Of a stretch of DNA of 64,000 nt, positions 1 through 13,219 are shown piece after piece. The stretch comes from Catajapyx aquilonaris (taxonomy: Eukaryota), in the NCBI GenBank assembly GCA_000934665.2, contig KZ538014.1, positions 124,001 through 188,000 on the forward strand, written 5' to 3'. A program made the position numbers and the translations under genes. The stretch's first letter is position 1. Each line of letters begins with the position of its first letter. The notes below the pieces were generated by a model. It worked only from the letters and a program-made list of their open reading frames with translations. It was not told where the DNA came from and made no database searches.

Positions 1-1155
1 GAGACGGCCATGGATAAATCAATGGATTAAGGGATTGCGATTCGAGACTTACACTGTTCTTTGGGGAAGGGATTCTCTGAAATCTATAACCTATCAGGTT
101 CTGCACCTAATCCGTAAATTATGTTTCAATTATATTCTTAAATTTATTTCTTATTGGATTTTTGGGGAGGAGTAAGTGGCGTGGTTTTTTATTTATTTTT
201 TGGATTTTCTGTTCCAGAGGTTTCCAATCTTCTCGTGATTTCCCTTACATTCCTTACATTTTTGTCACGTATCCATTTCATCCTTGCCATCCCAAAGTTC
301 CCCCAACCTTTTTTTTTTCTTTTGTTAGGATTAGGGTTTTCTGTCTAGCAACGTTTCTATAGGGGCTAGAATGCAACTAATATTCCTAGTTGAAATATTG
401 TGCTGGCACATGCAACAAGATTTCAGTTTAGATTGATATTAACCGACATTAATTTTTGTCAATTAATGATGTAGCAAATTAGACCAGGCATTGTGCACTA
501 CATGGCAATTGTTGGGACTCGTGCAATATGTTGGTAGTCTCTGTTAGGACTTAGGAGGTCATACCAAGACTGGAAAATCCAGTCTTATTTTGAAGATTAA
601 TTCATTTTCCAATATGATGTCATCTAAAGTACATCCTCAGTACCGGTACGCAACATAACCTCCCAAAAAATGAACATCAATATGCTTTTAACTCGTACAT
701 GTTTCCACAACTGTCACACTTCATTTGAGGTAAAAATATTTACAGTCAAGAGTTTGATTAGTATGCACAGTACAAGCATAACGACCTTTTGTATCCGTGG
801 CATGTGTGTACCTGCACGATATCTGCTTGAAAAATCAGCATAACGTGAAATCCATCAAAACAACGACTAAGTCACGTGATATCATCTATGCAGTTTTCAT
901 ACCATGAACCTCCCTCCTATTTTACAACCGTCCCAGGTTCTATATTTAGCCTATCACGCAGCACCTATGCATTCCCTACATTTCCGGTAATAAAAGGAAA
1001 TAATACAGACGCCTTAAAAAATCAGGACAAGGTTAAAATATCTGGAGCGAATCGCAGACTTCCTCTAAAAAACAAAGGGCTAGTCATGGCATCCTACAAA
1101 GGTTTAGACCCGGTTTGATGTCGGTTAGAAGATTTCCCGCCCGAAATCCTACCGC

Positions 1156-1215
1156 GCGCCATCTGCACCTAATTCACAGCTCTGCGTACAGAGGGCAGCT
1201 GCGATAGGAGGCGCC
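1156..1215. promoter_or_regulatory. Triplet of CTCF-like motifs (candidate insulator)
   Basis: GGTGCAGATGGCGC (- strand, 1156-1169), GTACAGAGGGCAGC (1186-1199) and CGATAGGAGGCGCC (1202-1215) each carry the AG(A/G)(T/G/A)GGC(A/G) core of the CTCF consensus. The 5' halves match poorly. Confidence 0.35.
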
Positions 1216-4200
1216 AATTACGCCTTTTTTGGTCCTTTCCTCCACCCCCCTAGCTCTCCTCCTCCCCACTTTTCCTAGCCGAGGTTGGATCCATTTAAGG
1301 GAGGCACCGTTGCCAAACTGCCTCTTTCACCTAATACAATCGAATCCGTTTCTTTTTCCGTAGAAGGTGGGAAAAAGGCGGGTCAAAGAGCACGTAGGGG
1401 TTAAGTGAATGAATTGAAGCCTGGTTCAGGGAATGGAAAAAAAAGAAGGGGAGAGGAGGAGGAAAAAAAGAAACAGGGAAGAAATAGGGAGAAGATTGCT
1501 TAGGGAGTTTGGACGGCTGGTAGTTGGAAGAAGAAGGAAAAAGGAATGCTCCAATCAGACCCCGGGGGAAAGAGAGTTGAATTCCTTGGAAGCTCGGCCT
1601 ACTTGGCCTTCACCGCAGGAGGTCAAGCGCCTTTTTACATTCGGAATGAAGCGGGGGTACAAAATGGAAGAATTGGGGGCTCCACACTATTGCATGCGGC
1701 TAGGATTTTGACTTGTAATGGGCCAGGCACGAAATGGGGGAGCTTTCGTGGCCATATTTTGAAATGGATATCAGCACATTGAATTCGTACTATTGTTAGA
1801 CCTCATTTTGGATTTGTACAGTGCAGTGGGTGCAATAGAGGAGATATGATAGGAGGTGAGCTCTATAATTAATAACAAGGACAATGTTAATGTGCTTTTT
1901 CGGTATATTACAATAGATCTGTAATGGCGGTTCATGCTTTTGAAGGAGCAATATTCAACTATATTTTGTAGAATTTGTTACAGAAGGTATTGTTGATGCC
2001 TAGATACCTTGCATCTGGATCGGTAGGCATAATTATACCGAGAAATTTCTTGATATTTATGCAACAAGGATGTTAAAATTTATTCTTGTAATATTTAGGA
2101 ATGAATTATTCAAAATAAATAACTTCCACTATAAGTAATCAGTTTATTCAGTTTTATGAGAACACTCATTAGGAAGGAAAAATGTTGGTTGAGTATGTAC
2201 ATGTTTTACCACAGTAAAAATGGTAATTAATGATTCCTGTGTTATAATTTTATGCCCATGTCACAACCTTGGGAAGTAAAAATCAAAAGTATACCAAGTG
2301 TTACTCCTTACATTGTGAGCCGTGATATTTAGTCGTAGTACACACCTTTTCATCTAGGATATGTTGATATGAATTAAAGAGAAATTATTTTCTTCATTCA
2401 GAGTTTAAACGACTCTGCCAGTGATCAGTTGAACGTAGTCTGGATTACACCTCAAAAATCCTGGTCTCGTACCATTTTCTACGACATTGTACATTTCCCC
2501 CCAGAAATGTTGCAACCGTGCTATCAGCCACAATCAGCAAAATTATGCGGCTGTTGGACTTGAAAATGTGACAAGCCATGAAAATTATGCGTAATATGAT
2601 TAGGGCACCGAAACTGCTGCCAAATGTTACATAAGGAGATAGTCGACGTACATCATATTCCGGCGCGCGAATGCTAGCAGGAGACACCGGATAACTTTAT
2701 TGAGGAAGCGAATGCAAATAGCAATGGAGCGTTGTCAGCGATAAGTTAGCACTTACGCAAGCGGTCCCAGGAAATCATTTGGGCTCGCGGCATGGTGTTG
2801 ACAAGAGGTTGATTCATAGGAGATATCTCTCTTGAATACCCCCCTACCTCCCTTGAAACCCCCAAGAAAGAACACAGCAGGGTTAATCATCTTGACTCTT
2901 CCACCGCAAGGAGAAAGTTCAGGAAACGCTCGCCCAATCTGGAAAGAATGGCCGTTTTGTGTAGACAACGGAAAGCCGCGGCAAGAACGGAAGTCTTTAA
3001 TTAAAACTCCATAACTGCTAAGAGGTAGTAGCTGGAAGGAAATATTGAAGGCGTCCTGTATATAGTGTAGCTAGAGGTTTTCAGGGGAGGGGGAGAGGGC
3101 GAATCTCAGCTGGATGCAAATGAAATTAACAGCAAAAGACTGCTTTGGAAGCAATTTGCATGCAAGCCCGGGCCTATACTTTGATTTGATATGAAGGCAA
3201 TGTTAATCCGGAAGTGAAGTGGCGAAGTTTTATGGGTGCATCTTGTTTCCAGCGCCACCCACGGCCCTCCTGGAAATGCTTGCGAGTGATGCGGGCGCGA
3301 GATATGGCCCGATTTGATGAATGAAATGTGCCACGTGTCTCATTCAATTATCCCAAGGTCCGTTTACTCAGACAAATTTGGGCCGCTCCTCTAGCCTGCG
3401 AGCAATCTGCAAAATACACACTTTACACTACAATCTGCCGCTCCGATGCTGGCCCTTAATCTCGGATGAAGACGGGCCAAAGTGCGAATCATGGCTTGTC
3501 TTATATCCAACCTTCCATCCGATTATATCACTTTTTATTATCATTATTTTTCTACTGGTGCACAGGCTGGTTCCCCCAAAATTTTTAGAGAACCATGGCG
3601 CCAGTTGGGCATTAAAAACATTGTAATCGGCGAATGGGTTGGACTCGAATAAAAAGTCTAGCTATTAGCAACCGACCAGTCATAACCGTGGTGTGTGCTG
3701 ATTTCCCCAACCCAATAGACATAGTATGGTGCATCTGCTGCTTTGTTGTGCGCTAGGGTTGGGAACACAATGTGTGCCAACGTCTGGCCTACAAATTAGC
3801 GACGGAAAAAAAGTACCAAGTGCTAGTAGCGAATAGCGTCGATGCAATATGCGGTTGTATTTTTGCAACACTCCCTCAGAATGTTGCACTTGTTGCTGTC
3901 GGTGTACAAATTATTCGCAAAATATACACTCCATATCTGCGTGGACGTGTACCAAAAAGGAATGTGTGCGCATGGTGCGGTGCATATGCGTATAGCTGGC
4001 ATGTCGATATAAGCGGCTAAATAGAGTCGTTAGCATCATCTGTTGACCGGGAGCAAGCAGTTATCTGGACAGCTACAGAGTATTAGCACGCTATGGCTAA
4101 ACCTAAATTAGCTTGCACATTGACCACTGCTGGGATTAGACCTTTTGTTGGATTCGGCTAGAAAATGGTCAGGATTTTAACTACTGTCAAGTACACCCTG

Positions 4201-7200
4201 CGGACCACTCCACGCATATATGAACGTTGGGACCGGGCCTGGGTTTGCCTCTATGGGCTGATTTAAAAAATTATTTATATCTCCCGTTAGCCAAATGAGC
4301 AGTCCTTATCTGTAGGCCCCCCTAATTGTACCATGGGTCTAAACTAGGACAAAATCTCAAACCAGGCTTATCCACCCAATTCCGACGCGATTTACAGCAA
4401 GCCTAAGCTTCATCCAAAATTGGTGCTAGAGAGGGACCCAAAAACGCAGGTTCTAGACTATGTTGGGTGCAGAAAAACTTGACTTTTTTTACCCAGGTTC
4501 TCGTCGGATCCTGTGTGCATGCAAACACTTTCCCCGCTTCCGTTGCTACTGCACTTTTATTATGCCCCAGGGTGTTGCTTCAAGCTACACCCTATTATCC
4601 TTCCCTCTCCAACATGGCCACGGGACGCCGTTTCTTCTTTTTTTTCTTCTTTAACCCTCTCCCCCACAGTATCCTTACCAGCTCCAGTTTACCTCGGAGG
4701 CCAAGATGGCCGCCGGCCCAATGATGACTCAGAGTCTAAAGTGGGATATCAGGACATACCGGAGATGCCATAAAACTCGGGAGGGACTAATCTTTTTTTT
4801 TCTTCATTTTTTTTGGAGCCTTACGACTTATCCGGGTAGGAGTAAGAGCGAGGATTAGTGCCATGGAAGCAGGGGAATTACCCAAAAATTATCCATTTCT
4901 CCCTCAACTCTGCTCCAGAGCTGGCATTTATTATTATTATTTTCCTGTACCGGGAGAGATAGCAAAAAGTGAGTGAGGGGGGGTAGGAAGAAAGAATTTT
5001 CATTATGTAGTCCCCCGTGCTTCATGACAAGTCTTCTGCCGGAGAATTTCTCATTCAAAACACCATCACCCCTGGCCATAACTTTATTACGGAGGAAAAA
5101 GTGCCCTTGTATGACGCAGTTAACGTGGCCGATGCCAAGGAAGGCAGCTCAATTCCACCAACGGCCTGGATTGATATAAACTGGACCACGTGCCTGATTT
5201 ACACCCCATTTTGAATTTTAGGGTTTCCTACGGGGGGGAGTTGGGAACACCTTATCCACGCGGTATAACGGTGTTTGCGGTGCGATAGCGATAATGGAGC
5301 AGTTTTCCAATTAATTCGGAGGTGCTGGCCAAACAGAATCAATCTGTTGAAATTCATAAACTTCAAACAAGTCGTTTGTAGTCGTAGAAGCGAGCTCGTT
5401 AAACATAAGACAGTCCCCCCTTCCCCTACAAAAAAAATTAAAAAAAAACAACCTTGAATGGGTGTGGGTAATGGGCATTTTGCGGGAATTAGCCAAAGGC
5501 CCCTGTTGTAAACGGATGTAGCATAAATGGTGTCGTGCTATGGGCTTGCACACTCTTTGCCAATGGTGTTTCAGCCTCCCCTAGTTTTCCCCCGCAGACT
5601 CAATAACCAATCGTAAATGAGGCTGCAGGACCATAAGTTAAATCCAGCGTGACGATAAGTATGCAATGCATCTTCATTTCAGCGGGAGTGTTGCACACTT
5701 CCATTACCTCGAAGTGTGAAAAGACATTCTTGTACTTATGTTTTTTTTGGGAGGGGGAGGGGGGGGGAGTGTACGTTCCTTTCTACCTCACCGCCTGTAT
5801 TTATAGTGAAAGACCAAATGAATTATGTAAACCGCGTTTAGTGGAGAGGGTAGGGTCGTTATATATTGTGAGATATTTTATTTTTGGTCTTGACGAAAAC
5901 CGCATCGTGTGTGTTGTCAATAGAACAGACCGCACGAGTTACGGAACCGCCTATTTAAAGACCGGACTGAAAAATACACACAAAAAAAAGATGCTGCACT
6001 TATAAATTCGGGTTGGATCCGCGTGGGGTTCGGAAATCGCATAGAGGCGAGTGTACGCGAGATTTCCGCTCAGCTTTTCTTGCTAGGAGCGATGGTTCGA
6101 TTAGGCCACAGTTTTTATCTACGATCCGGCTATATGAGGGTATGGGTTTAGGTCCTCGAAGCGAGGTAGGGAAAGTTTTCCTTTTTCAACAAGGGAGCTT
6201 ATAATAAGTGAGGAAAGAATAAATTAAAAACAGGTGAATCTTTAACGATGTTTTTGGAAGTTTATGGTGCATATCAAGGGGCTGGGAAAAGGGATGAAAA
6301 CTCCCCAATCCTAGAGATAGCTTTCAAAATGGAATTCCGGTAATTGCACCACGGGAGAGATCCTGGCGCGGAATTTTCCTTGATAAAATTTCTGGAAGTT
6401 TGGGGAGCGTAAAGCAAGATTTTAGGCCGTCGCGTCTATACCGCGCCTTAAGGCCTCCGCTTCTTGTACCCAAAGAAATTAGTTGAAGCGAACGAGTCAT
6501 TGCTATTTTATTATTATTGTTTTATCGGAGAAAAGGAGGGGGGGAGCTTCTTTATAGTTGAAGCAACTTTTCTTGTTTAAGAGGTTACATCTGGTATGGT
6601 ATATACGTCGAGGCGAAGTAGCTAAATACCCACGTTCTTCAACTACAGTTAAAAGTTTGGTCATTAAAATTTTAAAGGTTCGTGCATAGGCCCATCTCAT
6701 TTCTTCTCCTAATTATCATGGGAATATAAACGTCTACAAGTTGCACATGCACTGATGTAGATTTTGCTGGTTATAAAAATACACAAATGTTGCGCTTATT
6801 TCCTCTCATAAAATGGGCCAGTTAACTGATTAAACACCGGATTCGTTGGCTAATCAATCTGATGGGGTTATGAAGTGCAAAAAAAAACATGAGAAACTCT
6901 GGCGTACAAAATAGCATAAAGCAATATATGTCCATGATGACAATCGCATGTGTACGGCACCGCAAGTACTCGTTTGATTTCACGCTTCAGGGCGTAAATG
7001 GCGCACTTCCGGCAATTAAACCACACTGCGGGCTTTATTAGCCACTGTTCTGGCCGCAAAAACTTGGCGCCTCCTTCGGCTCTTATTTAATAAATAATTA
7101 ACTGAGTATCAGCTAAGGTGTTAGCCATTCTGTGCCAAGGCGTGTAAATGTTGCGCTACTGGTGTGATGCAGTGGGTAGATAATTATGATCCTTTTGGCT

Positions 7201-9824
7201 TGTACTACGGTTATCAACGAGACATTTGGGTCCGGACCTGGGAGACCTGAGGCTGTAGGTCAGTGAGGGTAGGGCAAAGCCAAATGCTAGGGGTTGGGGG
7301 TGTATCAAGAGACAAGGAGATGGCTTCGTATCCTTTCCAGCACGCATTTTGAAGATGAAGTGTGCCATTTCTACTGCATAAATGGAGTCAAGTTATAGCG
7401 AAGGATCTTGCTGTAATTTATTCTCCCAGTATTGTTTCATACGTGTTTGTAAAAAAAAAGGGTGGTTTGCACTGTGTGTGCCTTTCTTTTTTGAAATTAG
7501 CCAATGTTTTAAAAATATGCTCATGAAATTTGATGTCGATTTGAGTAAGATTTTGTGCACGGAAAGATGGGAACGATGTGTCAGGATTGATTTTGCTGCC
7601 GGGGAACTGCGATTACTATTAGCTTAAGGCTGTAAGATATTCACAATGATATTAGATTAAAAGATGAAACTGAGTTTATCATGATTGTGTTAGCTGAATA
7701 TTATTAGCTGGTCTTGAAGGTCGTGAAATTGTTCTAATTTTAAATTACCATCGAAGGTCCATAGTATATATAGATGACGCCCAATTTTATGAGCGGTGTA
7801 TTAGTAACTAAAATTAAACTGATTTAATGAATAGATAGTTGCACATTAATTTTCCCACATTATAATACCCCCTTTGAAGCGTTGCCACATTGGGCAACCA
7901 GAGTCGATTTTAATAAATGTGAATATCAATGAACAATATGCAACTGGAAAAATTGGACATCAAGTTATCTTTCCATAAAAATAAAACTTAAAATTTTGGA
8001 TTATTTGTAGCTCCTTTTGGGGCCATTTTAAAAGCAAATTTGTGACGTTTGAAAGGCAGGTATACTTAACGACAGCACCAGCAACGAATATTTTGAAACT
8101 GAGCTTTCCTTTTTTGACTAAAATATATTATTAGGAACAATACACTAAAAATTATCGTGGTACAATGCCAAATCAATCCTACCACTGATCCTCTTATTGG
8201 AAAGATTTAATGATTATTCAGTCATTTGTATAAGAGAAATGCCACCCAAAAGTCTCGGAACATTGTGATCTAGTAATAATCATAATATATTGCTGCTTTA
8301 TCTATAAAACTGTAAATTATTTCGGATTTGAAAATGGAAGGGCTACTGCAAAGTATTTTCCTGTAGTCTGACTTGCAATACATTTTATATAACCTACAAG
8401 TAATTAATTCCACATAGTACACTGTTCTTGCACACGTTTTGTTGTCGAAATATTTAACATGAAATTGTGTTTCTTGCAAGTGTCCGTTTATTCTCAAACC
8501 CCGGTATCACACGGGTGATACCTCACAGGATCACTGGTGGTCTTCAGGTTATAACATTTCCCTCTACACAATGTTGTGCTATTTAGACATTTTTTTGCAA
8601 TAGGTCACATAGCAATGCATTACCGCTAAAACAATTGGTACCGGTACCGGTACTAATACATCGTGTCTGAGAATGTTCTTAACACATATATGCTTTATGG
8701 GCCCTGCATGTATATACTAATCGTATTTGTTTATCTTGAAAAATCTTCCAATGAGCTTGCATAATAATGTCCTTGTCGTATGTTTCAAGAACAGAATAGG
8801 CCTACTTGCATATTGTGAAGAATTTATTACACGTATAACATACCCTTTAACATCGGCAGGATTAAAATGTGAATAAAACCATTGTATATTTAGTAACTTT
8901 TTTGTTAAGTACATAAATAAATATAAAATACAGTATGTTGTACTTCCGAACAATCATGTTAATCGAAGTGTAGCGCTCATGATTATTTACTAAAATGGTG
9001 GAATACATATTTTAAATCGCATAACACGTATAATGTGTCATGTGTTCTAAAATAAAACATGTTTCAAAATCGAAATTAACAATGGCATTTTAAAAATTAT
9101 GAAATTTTAAAATTTTTCAAATTTCAGAAGGTATATTCATAAAAATCGACTAAGTTAATATTTTCAACGGGTTGATTCTATAATAGCACTGCTATATAGC
9201 TAGGGTACTCGGCCTTGCTTGGTGAAATTAGATAGGGTCGAATCGATATTTTAGACACAGAAACAGAGGAAAGGTAATTTATGTCCTCTTTTCACTGGGA
9301 ACCCACACTGTAATGCTCTGGTCAAAATTATCTTTTCCTTCCCACCTATTCCCCACGTTCCCGTCCTCGCCTCCACAATGTTAGAGGTAAAACAGTACTG
9401 TTGCTAGGTAATAAACGAAACTAAATATAGAAGAATGGGCATGAAACGGGTGTTAATTAGAGTATAATGAAACTGATGACCTTGGGCCCAAATACGATTC
9501 TTGTAAGCTTACATTGCGGTCCAAAAGGAAATGAACTCAGCACAAAGAAATAGTGATTGCTTTATCTGTACAGTATACTGTATAATATGCAATAAGTGTT
9601 GCGTTTAGTAGTTTAAAGTGATCCTGCGGACTTTTCACCCTGCAGTGTGTCGAAATTACTATCAACAACTACCCCTAGCTTATAGTGTTTTTTTGCTTTA
9701 CTGGAAAGGAGGTCAGTGAGCATATTTGATTCTGCAAGCAGATATGGAAAAGCTGCGTACTTCCTCTCGGATTTAGGTTTCTTTGAGAATTTTCAAAATG
9801 AGAGACTTATTATTGTTGATTTAT

Positions 9825-10030
9825 GGCGACACGGGGGCGGGGTGGTAAGCGCCACAGCCTTCCACCTCTAAGGTCCCGAGTTCGATCCCCGGGTCGGACG
9901 GAGGATACTTACGTGGATAGAGTTTCGATGGGTTCTCTCCGTGTTCGCGTGGGTTTTCTCGGGGTTCTCCCGTTAACTTTTATGCTGCGTTCAGAGATAT
10001 CCAATCGAACTGACCATCCAGATGTATAAT
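9825..10030 (+). mobile_element. tRNA-derived SINE with V-domain-like central core
   Basis: A-box-like GGGCGGGGTGGTAA and B-box GAGTTCGATCCC (9878-9889), followed by GTGGATAGAGTTT...TTCTCTCCGTGTTCGCGTGGGTTTTCTCGGGGTTCTCCCGTT, which resembles the V-SINE core (GTGGAGTTTGCATGTTCTCCCCGTGTCTGCGTGGGTTTCCTCCGGGTGCTCCGGTTT). The 3' end is approximate. Confidence 0.75.
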
Positions 10031-10224
10031 TTTGAAGAATGCGAGGCAACTAAGACCATGAGATATGATGGGATTAAATGTTACACTGTATATTATAAGG
10101 GAGGTCTTTTGGAGAGTAAGAAGAGTGTGGTCATGTTTTAATGATGGATTGTTGGGTATAGATAGTTTTGGATATGAGGATGAAGGGCAGAGTTGAGAGA
10201 GTGCAACTTGGCTTTGAAGAGAAG

Positions 10225-10434
10225 TTAAGTGAGTTGTGATGGGGGAGTGAAAGTAGAAATAAGAATACTATATAGAGAGAGCTGAAAGATGTCAATTTTA
10301 CTTATTTGAGGGGAACTGGTGGCGGGAACGGGCAATTCTGAGAAGACATGTAGCGTGACCTCCAACCCATAAAATATGTGAGACCCAACAACCGTATATA
10401 GAACATCCCATCTCAGGATCCCCAGAAAATTCAC
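10225..10434 (-). mobile_element. Decayed non-LTR retrotransposon (LINE) ORF2 fragment
   Basis: The translation NFLGILRWDVLYTVVGSHIFYGLEV resembles a deleted version of the post-RT motifs K(F/Y)LGI...L.W and LY..LVRS.L.YG.EV of CR1/L2/Jockey-type LINEs. It lies next to the SINE. Confidence 0.35.
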
Positions 10435-11495
10435 ACGATCACAAAGATGACCTCACATATGATTTCCACATACAAAATTTCTCACTCTTCCCGGTGATCG
10501 AACGCATAACAACAAAAATGGAGGGGTTGTAGTGTTTAGTCACCCAGTTGATTACAAAGTGTGATAATAATATGGTGCCAAAAATAAAATCCAAATATTT
10601 TGTAATTAACTGTAACACCCTGTGGCATGAATACAAATGAAAGGAACATGTCGCTCTTATGCAGAATTTCGTGTCGTAATTATGGAAAAATTAAAGCATT
10701 TCTTCTAAGACACTAACACAGGCATATTTATAATGCAGTATGAAGATAGAGCTTCGCATAATATTGTAGAGAATATTACGTAATGCTGCGTACTACCACA
10801 ACACATTTTCAAAAGTAGTTGCATTATCCAGTGGAGTTGCATCCAGTCCTTATATATAACTGTGTGCATATAGTATTTATGAACATAACTTTTTTTGGCG
10901 ATATTATAATGTGTTTTAATAACCAGTCTTTCCAATCATATGGAATCACATCCGACTGTAATGTATGAAACGGTAACCAAGAGCTTACACCGCTGTAAAA
11001 ACATAACTGTCTGTGTGTGTGGGTGGGAAAAACCTTTCTGTGCGTAATGCAGGCAGATGTTTCTGTAAGCTTGAAAAATCATCAGGTAGGCCTAACATTT
11101 GTAATATTTAATTGATCATTTGAATACCATGTTAAGTAGCGGACAAGTATTTCTTGATTTATTGCGGCATTGTTGACAGAGTGATTTCCTGTTTTCCTGT
11201 AATTGAACTATCAGCTCAATAAATTACTGGATATGCATACTATATATAAAAACTTTCCCACACTTAGAGTAGATAAATATGTAGTCAAGTAATAAGCTTC
11301 CTCATTTAATTTATTTGCCTGCTGACACCTGTATATTATCCACCTTGATGTAACTCGGTTTTTTATTATTCAGATGTTTCCTTTTGCTTATACTCGTAGA
11401 ACCTCCACATTTTGATATTTCTCAAGTTTGCTATGTAAGATATCACTATAATCATTGGGACTGAACTGTCGTATACAGGAGCTACACTTCTCTGG

Positions 11496-11540
<45 letters not shown>
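11496..11540. repeat. (AAT)n microsatellite, about 15 units
   Basis: Perfect ATAATAAT... run read directly. It explains the poly-Tyr ORF at 11388-11570. Confidence 0.97.
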
Positions 11541-11541
<1 letters not shown>

Positions 11542-11858
11542 CTTACAGGATTGATTTTGTTGTGTACCATATATTGTGTGATATTGTGTACGTATATGAA
11601 AATGTCGACTCAGTTTTTGCATCTCTTAATGAGTTGTGATAATCTTGGATTGAATGTCGCAAACGTGCTATTTTTAGCTTTTAAAATGGCCACATAAAGT
11701 ATTATAGAGCAACCTTCCAGTTTCTTTCCCCCATTTTATCATGGCAGTGGTAGGTGATGTCAAAATTTTATTATCATGCACTGTTCATTGACACGAACAT
11801 TAATGCAACTGTATGTGCGTGTACATGATTCCCCATTGTATTATTGCATTATGTTTAA

Positions 11859-12120
11859 AGGCAGATCGCACAACCGCCTCATCTGAATGCCACCCACTTC
11901 CGACAACCCAACGGTAACTGAGGGCGATAAGAAGCTCGGCAAGACGCGGAGTTGTACTATCTCATGCATATTATAATTTCCGAGGTAGTAGGTACTGCTG
12001 TGTGTTATACATAATGCAACTACGCATCTTGCCGAGATTCACATCGCCCTTAGTCATCGCGTTGCGTTGGGTTAGCCGAAGTGGGTGGCATTCAGTTATG
12101 GTGGTTGCTGATATTTTCTT
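11859..12120. mobile_element. Degenerate MITE with long inverted arms and TTAA flanks (Kolobok/piggyBac-like)
   Basis: The left arm CTGAATGCCACCCACTTC...AACCCAACG...AGGGCGAT...CTCGGCAAGA...GTTG mirrors the right arm CAAC...TCTTGCCGAG...ATCGCCCT...CGTTGGGTT...GAAGTGGGTGGCATTCAG. TTAA at 11855-11858 and 12121-12124. Confidence 0.75.
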
Positions 12121-12226
12121 TTAAAGAGAAAACGAAGAACCCATATATTATTAGAAGGGGTTCTACTGTACATTGTGCAACCCTATTGTACACTGTACAA
12201 ATATATTTTATTAAATACATAATCTA

Positions 12227-12415
12227 CACTGTAAACCGCACAAAACATTAAAAGAGCATCACTGGCTCTTCTAATGCTCTTGTGATGCTTTTTAGAAACA
12301 AAAAGCATCACAAGAGCATAAGCAGAGCATTATAGAAGGCCATTAAAAATTGATGTTCCATAAGAGACTCACCAAGTGATGCTCTTTTATTAATGTTTTG
12401 CGGTTTACATAAGTG
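12227..12415. mobile_element. MITE with CACTG-type termini and TA flanks (EnSpm/CMC-like, non-autonomous)
   Basis: TA-CACTGTAAACCGCACAAAACATTAAAAGAGCATCACT ... AGTGATGCTCTTTTATTAATGTTTTGCGGTTTACA(TA)AGTG-TA, with an internal inverted pair ATGCTCTTGTGATGCTTTT / AAAAGCATCACAAGAGCAT. Confidence 0.8.
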
Positions 12416-12696
12416 TAGTGAAACATATCCGAGGCGAAATAAAGTCAATTATTTCCCAAAAAACAATTAAAACTGGGAAGGTTTCCAGTGCTTTCTTCTG
12501 CCAATTGAATGTTTAAAAAACCAAGGTCTTTTTAAAAATACCTAAAAGACAATGAACTCGCCAGAGGAGTCGGAGATTTGTGTTGTCAATAATAGGCGTT
12601 CACTCCAATATCTTTTCTAAAGCCGTAGCACCTTGACAAAGAATACTAGCAAGTATGATAAGGAAAAATCGTAAAACGGGCATATATTGCTAACCC

Positions 12697-13219
12697 AAGG
12701 TTTGTGGAGCAAATGGTGCTAGATAATGACTGCTAAAAATTGAAATCTAGAATTGCTATTTTGGTTTGGAATATTGGCAACCTGAATTTGTTTTCTTCAC
12801 TAAGTTTTGAATAACCACGTAGATGTTACATACCTGCAATAATATTTACTTTGATTGTTATGGCATTGGTAGATGACCTGTGTTTTTGAGTACCACATTA
12901 TTCGATAAAATTGACATATAACGAACTTGATTATCCATTGTAATACCTCATTTGACACATGGTCCAAAAAAGTATTGCGTATAAATCGAGATCATAAAAT
13001 GTTAGTTTTAGTGAACAGTTTGTGACTCAAAATAAAGTCATCTACCAAAGCCTCTAAAATTGAAGTAAAAATTACGGCAGGTATCTAGCACCATGTGTGA
13101 TGATTTAAGTGAAAAAATGACAAATTTTCAACACTTTAACCCCAATATCGCAATTGGTTTGCAAGTCTACCGTTCACTTTTTTGGTATAGGCCTACACAC
13201 CATTTGCACCTAAAATCTT
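12697..13219. mobile_element. Old degenerate foldback/MITE (~520 bp)
   Basis: Inverted blocks placed symmetrically about ~12957: GCAAATGGTG (12709) / CACCATTTGC (13198), ATACCTGC / GCAGGTAT, TTGGTAGATGAC (12866) / GTCATCTACCAA (13037), TTTTGAGT / ACTCAAAA. Confidence 0.6.

Noticed and set aside
11982..11993. GAGGTAGTAGGT, a 12-nt match to let-7
   Set aside because: It lacks the 5' U, diverges afterwards, has no star arm, and sits in the spacer of a MITE.
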